52,442 nt of DNA from Candidatus Magasanikiibacteriota bacterium (GTDB lineage Bacteria; Patescibacteriota; Patescibacteriia; Magasanikbacterales; UBA922): positions 1 to 52,442 of the forward strand of contig CAILTG010000094.1 of assembly GCA_903837125.1 (NCBI GenBank), in the 5' to 3' direction. Positions within the stretch are counted from its first letter, which is position 1. Each line of letters opens with the position of its first letter. Of this stretch, positions 47,646-52,442 are shown piece by piece. The position numbers and the translations under genes were made by a program. The notes below the pieces were generated by a model. The model made no database searches, had not been told where the DNA came from, and worked only from the letters and a program-made list of their open reading frames with translations.

Positions 47646-49313
47646 ATGGATAATCTAAAGCAAATAATTTTTTACATTTATAATCATCAGCCTCAAACCA
47701 AGGTTGAATTTGATAATTTCCGCCGTGAAATTTGCAGTAAATTAAAAATGGCTCAACCTCCTAATCGTGACCTTCTTTTAGCCTACCAGAAATTATTAAA
47801 AAAGAAAAGACTTGAACAAAACAAACAATTTGAATATTTTTTAAAAAAAGCACAAATTCGCACTCTTTCTGGCATTGCGGTCATTACTTCATTAACCAAA
47901 CCTTACCCCTGCCCTGGCAACTGTGTGTACTGCCCCACCGAGGCCCGCATGCCAAAAAGCTACTTGGCCAGTGAACCAGCCGCTGCCCGCGCCCTGGGCC
48001 TAAAATTTGACCCCTATGAACAAATGCGCCGACGAATTCTGATGCTAGAACAAAACGGCCACCTCACCGAAAAAATTGAATATATTATTAAAGGTGGAAC
48101 TTGGAACGCCTACCCACTTAAGTATCAATACTGGTTTATTTTACGTTCATTTCAGGCAGCCAATGAGACAAAAAAAACAAAAGATAAAAAAAATCTTACG
48201 AGCTTACGATCTTTTGATCTTTCAAGTAATATTAAAGATCTGCAAAAACGATTAGAACTTGAACAAAGAAAAAATGAATCATCCCGCCACCGTATAATTG
48301 GCCTCACTCTGGAAACCCGTCCTGATGCCGTCACTCCAGAAACAATCTATCACATGCGACAAATGGGTTGTACTAGACTTGAACTTGGACTGCAAGCTCC
48401 GGATGATAAAATTTTAAAATTAGTTAATCGTGGCCATACTGTACAACAATTTAAAGATGCCTTATTTTTGCTCCGTCAAGCTGGTTTTAAAGTGGATTTG
48501 CACTTCATGCCGGATTTACCCGGCACGACTCCTAAACATGACGTAGAAATGTATAAAAAACTTTTTTCTGATCCTGGACTAAAACCTGATATGGTTAAAA
48601 TTTACCCCTGCACAGTAATAAAATCAGCTGATCTTTATAACTGGCATAAAACAGGCAAATACAAGCCATACCCCGTTGAAAAACTCTTTGAAGTATTAAT
48701 ACAAATGAAACTGGCCACCCCGCGCTATTGCCGTATCTCGCGCCTAATTCGCGACATTCCAGCCAATGAAATATCCGGCGGAAACATTATTACAAATTTA
48801 CGTGAAGAATTAAAAAAAGAAATGAATAAACGAGGATTAAAATGCCAATGTTTAAGGTGTCGCGAGGTTGGTCACCAAAACACCCCAGCACTTCAACACC
48901 TTAGCACCTTAGCACCTAAACTATTTGTTGATAAATATGAGACAACAGGTGGAACAGAATACTTTTTAAGTTTTGAAGACAGTAAACGCCAAGTGGTTTT
49001 TGCTTTTTTAAGGTTGAGATTACCAGACCAAAAATACTTGATTAATTTGGTGGATTTGGGCAACTTAAAAAACTTGGCTTTTATCCGCGAACTTCACACC
49101 TATGGACAATTAGTCAGCGTTGGTAAAAACGAAAAAACCGCCAGTCAACATAAAGGGCTGGGTAAAAAATTAATGGCAGAGGCGGAAAAAATTACAAAAA
49201 AAAATCACTATACAAAATTGGCAGTAATTTCAGGTGTGGGTGTAAGAGGTTATTATCGCAAGTTAGGATATAAAAAACAAAAAACGTACATGATAAAAAA
49301 AATCTCCCTCTAG
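47646..49313 (+). CDS. elp3: Elp3 tRNA U34 carboxymethyltransferase (radical SAM + KAT)
   Basis: RTLSG.AV, CPGNCVYCP, KSY, GGTW, ETRPD, ELG.Q, R.IRDIP, RCREV, RELH.YG, QHKGLG, ISGVGVRGYY. Confidence 0.93.
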   Translation: MDNLKQIIFYIYNHQPQTKVEFDNFRREICSKLKMAQPPNRDLLLAYQKLLKKKRLEQNKQFEYFLKKAQIRTLSGIAVITSLTKPYPCPGNCVYCPTEARMPKSYLASEPAAARALGLKFDPYEQMRRRILMLEQNGHLTEKIEYIIKGGTWNAYPLKYQYWFILRSFQAANETKKTKDKKNLTSLRSFDLSSNIKDLQKRLELEQRKNESSRHRIIGLTLETRPDAVTPETIYHMRQMGCTRLELGLQAPDDKILKLVNRGHTVQQFKDALFLLRQAGFKVDLHFMPDLPGTTPKHDVEMYKKLFSDPGLKPDMVKIYPCTVIKSADLYNWHKTGKYKPYPVEKLFEVLIQMKLATPRYCRISRLIRDIPANEISGGNIITNLREELKKEMNKRGLKCQCLRCREVGHQNTPALQHLSTLAPKLFVDKYETTGGTEYFLSFEDSKRQVVFAFLRLRLPDQKYLINLVDLGNLKNLAFIRELHTYGQLVSVGKNEKTASQHKGLGKKLMAEAEKITKKNHYTKLAVISGVGVRGYYRKLGYKKQKTYMIKKISL

Positions 49314-49326
49314 GGAGATTTTTTTT
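49295..49326. terminator. bidirectional terminator
   Basis: AAAAAAAATCTCCCT-ct-AGGGAGATTTTTTTT between convergent genes. Confidence 0.8.
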
Positions 49327-49328
49327 AT

Positions 49329-49682
49329 TTAGTTAGCTTTTTTAAACCGCACAGAAAAAACCGGTTCATAAGTATTATCATATTCATCTTTTACTTCCAC
49401 ACTTTCCCCTTTCATTAATTTAGTCATGGTAATATCCGACAATAATACCATATCTGATTCCAAATCTATTTTCATGTCATCTAATTTAGTAAATTCACTG
49501 GCAAAATCCGCTTTTATTGATTGTTCTATTTGTTTTTTTCGCTCACGTAAAGTTTTCATTTTCTCAATAAGCTCCACATATTCTTGAGAAGCCACTAAAG
49601 CATCTCTATACGCCGCCTTCAAATCTTTCCGCTCTTTTTTAATTTTTTGAGTCCGCACAAATATCTCTTGAATGTCTTGCAT
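49329..49682 (-). CDS. coiled-coil hypothetical protein
   Basis: 117 aa, heptad-rich, C-terminal YEPVFSVRFKK. Confidence 0.75.
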   Translation of the reverse strand: MQDIQEIFVRTQKIKKERKDLKAAYRDALVASQEYVELIEKMKTLRERKKQIEQSIKADFASEFTKLDDMKIDLESDMVLLSDITMTKLMKGESVEVKDEYDNTYEPVFSVRFKKAN

Positions 49683-49712
49683 AAATAATTTTAAGAATTA
49701 AGTGACAATATT

Positions 49713-50612
49713 TTACCATTTAATATTCAAAACTACAATACCCACTACCATAAACATCAAAGCCACTAATTTTAAAATTAAATTTTTTAGATCAAATTTT
49801 TCTTTTAAGATTCTAGGAAAAAATATTGTAAAAAATATAGCAATAGAAAAAACAAAAAATGTTTGAAAACCTTCCATGGCAAATACTAAAGATGCCTGCT
49901 GCAAAGCTAGCGCCAGTTGATTCATTAAAACTCCCCCTAGAACAGCAACTACCAAAACCAAAAGAGTCAGACAAAATTTATAATCCAACGAACAGATTAC
50001 CTGTTTCATGTCTGAACGCCATTTTTTATAAAAAACCAAAATCAACAAAGAGGGCAAAAAATTAAAAAATATATTGCCTACAAAAACCGTAAAAAATGGA
50101 AGATGTTGAAGCAAATAACGCATGATCACCCCATAACCAGAGAAAAAAATACAAGTAATTAGCATTAGCCAAAAGGCTTTTGAAAATTTGAATTTCCCTT
50201 CCCCCAAATGAATACTAGCCAAAACAGTACCGGTAATTAAAATGGCCAAAGCCAAGAGCTCCTGCCAAGAAACCTTGTCGCCAACAAAATATCCTAAAAA
50301 TAAACTGATCACAGGAATTAAACCCCAAAGAATATTTACTCGGGTAACTTCTTCAATTTGCATGGCTTTAATATATGGAAAACCGCCAAAAAAATAAAAA
50401 AGACCTCCTGCACCCAAGAGTAAGATCAGCGGCCATGAAGGAATAACAAAATGAGCAAACGGAATCGCTAAAAAAACCACACCTTCTAGCAAAGTAAATA
50501 AAATTAAAAAAATATAAGGATTTTTTACCCTTTTATCCACTGCATACTTGGTTATCACATTCTCAATTGCCCAAAAAAAATGTGAACCAATTGCCAAAAA
50601 AATCCACGTCAT
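49713..50612 (-). CDS. EamA/DMT family transporter
   Basis: about ten TM helices, two-repeat structure, LKEK C-terminal motif. Confidence 0.8.
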   Translation of the reverse strand: MTWIFLAIGSHFFWAIENVITKYAVDKRVKNPYIFLILFTLLEGVVFLAIPFAHFVIPSWPLILLLGAGGLFYFFGGFPYIKAMQIEEVTRVNILWGLIPVISLFLGYFVGDKVSWQELLALAILITGTVLASIHLGEGKFKFSKAFWLMLITCIFFSGYGVIMRYLLQHLPFFTVFVGNIFFNFLPSLLILVFYKKWRSDMKQVICSLDYKFCLTLLVLVVAVLGGVLMNQLALALQQASLVFAMEGFQTFFVFSIAIFFTIFFPRILKEKFDLKNLILKLVALMFMVVGIVVLNIKW

Positions 50613-50615
50613 ACA

Positions 50616-50695
50616 GCATTGATTTAAACAGATTTAAACTGATTGTGTAATATATACATCAATTTAAATCTATATAAATCAGTTTAAATCGATGC
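50616..50695. repeat. inverted arrays of 10-nt units filling the thiE-eamA spacer
   Basis: GCATTGATTTAAACAGATTTAAACTGAT ... ATCAATTTAAATCTATATAAATCAGTTTAAATCGATGC. Confidence 0.7.
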
Positions 50696-51690
50696 TAAAA
50701 AAATTCTCTCGCCGCTCTAACCACTGCGACATTCTTTGCTCCCACTGCTTTTAACTCTGCAAAATTATTTTTATTTATTCCCCCAATCGCCAGCCATGGT
50801 TCTTGAACTATTTCTGCCACTTGTTTTACTATTTCTAAACCCACTGCCAATTTTCCCTCTTTGGTAGGAGTAGCAAAAACTGGGCCAATGCTCAAATAAT
50901 CCCAACCTTCTTTTTCTGATTTTATAATTTGTTCAATTGAATTATTGGAACGACCAATAATTTTTAGACTTCCCAATCGCAAACGAGCTTCACTTATTAA
51001 ACCATCAGCTTGACCACAATGCACCCCTGCAACTGATAATTTACTAGCAATTTCCAAATCATCATTTAAAATGAACAAAATTTTGTCCTTAATCTTGTTC
51101 TTAATCTCAAACTGATTAATATACTCACACAAATATTTCGCTTTTTTATAAACCTCGGCCCGACTACTTTCCTTATCTCTAAGCTGTACAATCTTGGCGC
51201 CATGCTGAATCAACCAAACAATTTCATTCACACTTTCGGATATTGGATAAATTACTCCCTCTTCAAAATATTTATTCAACCAAAAATGCGAAGTCTGCAT
51301 TAAAATTTTTAATTCTAACTCATAAATCTTATAACGATAATTTTCTAACTGATAAGCTATCTTCTGACTATAAATTTTACTTAACTCTTCAAGTACACGT
51401 AACGATTCTGATACACGACGACAATTGGCGCGAACTAGAGACCAAATTGATTGTCTAGCATACTCTTCGGGCACAACTTGAGCTTGACCAATTTCCTTTT
51501 CAGTTCTAGAAAATACCAAATGCGCTGGAGATAACTGCTTTTCAATTTTGTCCAAACCGTGCCTTATTACCTTCAATTCTTCAAAAAAAGTCCGTTTCTG
51601 CAACCCAAAACGGCAGATGTCTTCCACCACTCTAATTCCCTCTTTTGCCCTAACAATATTAGCATCTATCAATGCAAAATCTCTATTCAT
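50695..51690 (-). CDS. thiE: thiamine-phosphate synthase with N-terminal ThiD2-type domain
   Basis: IDAN..RAKEG.RVVED, N..R..ESLRVLEE; VQLRDK, FILNDD, GVHCGQ.D, GPVFATPTK, AIGGI. Confidence 0.88.
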   Translation of the reverse strand: MNRDFALIDANIVRAKEGIRVVEDICRFGLQKRTFFEELKVIRHGLDKIEKQLSPAHLVFSRTEKEIGQAQVVPEEYARQSIWSLVRANCRRVSESLRVLEELSKIYSQKIAYQLENYRYKIYELELKILMQTSHFWLNKYFEEGVIYPISESVNEIVWLIQHGAKIVQLRDKESSRAEVYKKAKYLCEYINQFEIKNKIKDKILFILNDDLEIASKLSVAGVHCGQADGLISEARLRLGSLKIIGRSNNSIEQIIKSEKEGWDYLSIGPVFATPTKEGKLAVGLEIVKQVAEIVQEPWLAIGGINKNNFAELKAVGAKNVAVVRAAREFF

Positions 51691-51743
51691 AAAAATTGCC
51701 TAAACATCCCTATTATGTTATCATATTTTTATATTTTGTCCAT

Positions 51744-52127
51744 ATGGAAACCATTATTGCCTCTGGGCCAGTCATTATAGAAAACGGAAAAGTTTTACTG
51801 GATAAAGAACAAAAAGACTACGGTATAACTCCTTGGTTTTTTCCTGGTGGTCGATTGAATAGCCCTAACGAAAATATAGAAAATGCTTGTCGACGAGAAG
51901 TAAAAGAAGAATTAGGAATAGACATAAAAATTATTAAACAATTAAAAACACTGGAAAAAATAATGCCAGACAACAAAAAAAGTATTTTACATCATTTTCT
52001 AGCCGAAAGAATCGGTGAAATTACTATGGGCGATGATGTAATAGAATATGGTTGGTTTGATATCAATAATTTGCCGCCTGATTGTTCTTTCAACGTCTAC
52101 GAAATTATCAGAAGCCTAAAAATATGA
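51744..52127 (+). CDS. NUDIX hydrolase
   Basis: FPGG.....E.....RREVKEELG. Confidence 0.85.
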   Translation: METIIASGPVIIENGKVLLDKEQKDYGITPWFFPGGRLNSPNENIENACRREVKEELGIDIKIIKQLKTLEKIMPDNKKSILHHFLAERIGEITMGDDVIEYGWFDINNLPPDCSFNVYEIIRSLKI

Positions 52128-52438
52128 AATTTTATTTATATCTTTTTTGTGTAGCGATACTTGATTTGATTGGTATGCTCTCGGCAAAATATTTTAGCCT
52201 AAAAAATAATTACTCTTACATTATTATTGCTGTTTTGTGCTTTGCAGCTGCCGCAGTATTTATTTCCTTATTATTAAGATATCAAACTACACCGATAATA
52301 AATATGCTCTGGGTGTCTGTCTCCACAGTTTTAGTAACAATTTTCAGTTATTTCCTATTTAAAGAAACTTTAAGTATAATACAAGTAACGGGCATGTTTA
52401 TTGCTTTAATTGGTGTAATAATGCTTGAATGGAAATAA
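52124..52438 (+). CDS. SMR/DMT small membrane transporter
   Basis: 104 aa, four TM helices, FKETLS..Q..G...IGV; ATGA overlap with the NUDIX gene. Confidence 0.8.
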   Translation: MKFYLYLFCVAILDLIGMLSAKYFSLKNNYSYIIIAVLCFAAAAVFISLLLRYQTTPIINMLWVSVSTVLVTIFSYFLFKETLSIIQVTGMFIALIGVIMLEWK

Positions 52439-52442
52439 ACAG

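Noticed and set aside
1-52442. Alternative genetic code (TGA=Gly, code 25)
   Set aside because: Conserved genes are full length under code 11 and TGA acts as a stop in ATGA overlaps (43670, 45043, 52127)

Overview
AT-rich chromosomal window from a small-genome bacterium. The gene content (pilM/pilin/prepilin peptidase, SecD with an inserted PPIase region, Elp3, four NUDIX genes, a four-helix-bundle gene, very short or absent 5' leaders) fits Patescibacteria/CPR; this is inferred, not database-checked. It holds housekeeping genes (gatCA, ligA, cysS, secDF, secA, hpf, murB, mraY, pyk, thiE, tRNA-Ser). The standout is a tandem array of two integrase-less gene cassettes (1,356 bp: one membrane-protein gene; 4,232 bp: marR plus a heterodimeric ABC exporter) at the 3' end of secA. 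Three copies of a 15-bp core delimit them, and each copy encodes an alternative SecA C-terminus (KKCHGA*, KKCHGNV*, KKCHGA*). A second candidate mobile system is a four-helix-bundle gene bracketed by 35-bp inverted repeats, with a gene-less copy of the repeats elsewhere and many short tandem or palindromic repeats, some in frame inside essential genes. Other notable items: an mraY/ATE1-Bpt-like transferase/Mur ligase cluster, a divergent Elp3 + Trm9-like pair, a LysW-like protein, a tandem-LOG fusion, a 1,744-aa orphan protein and an unannotated 21-aa basic ORF.
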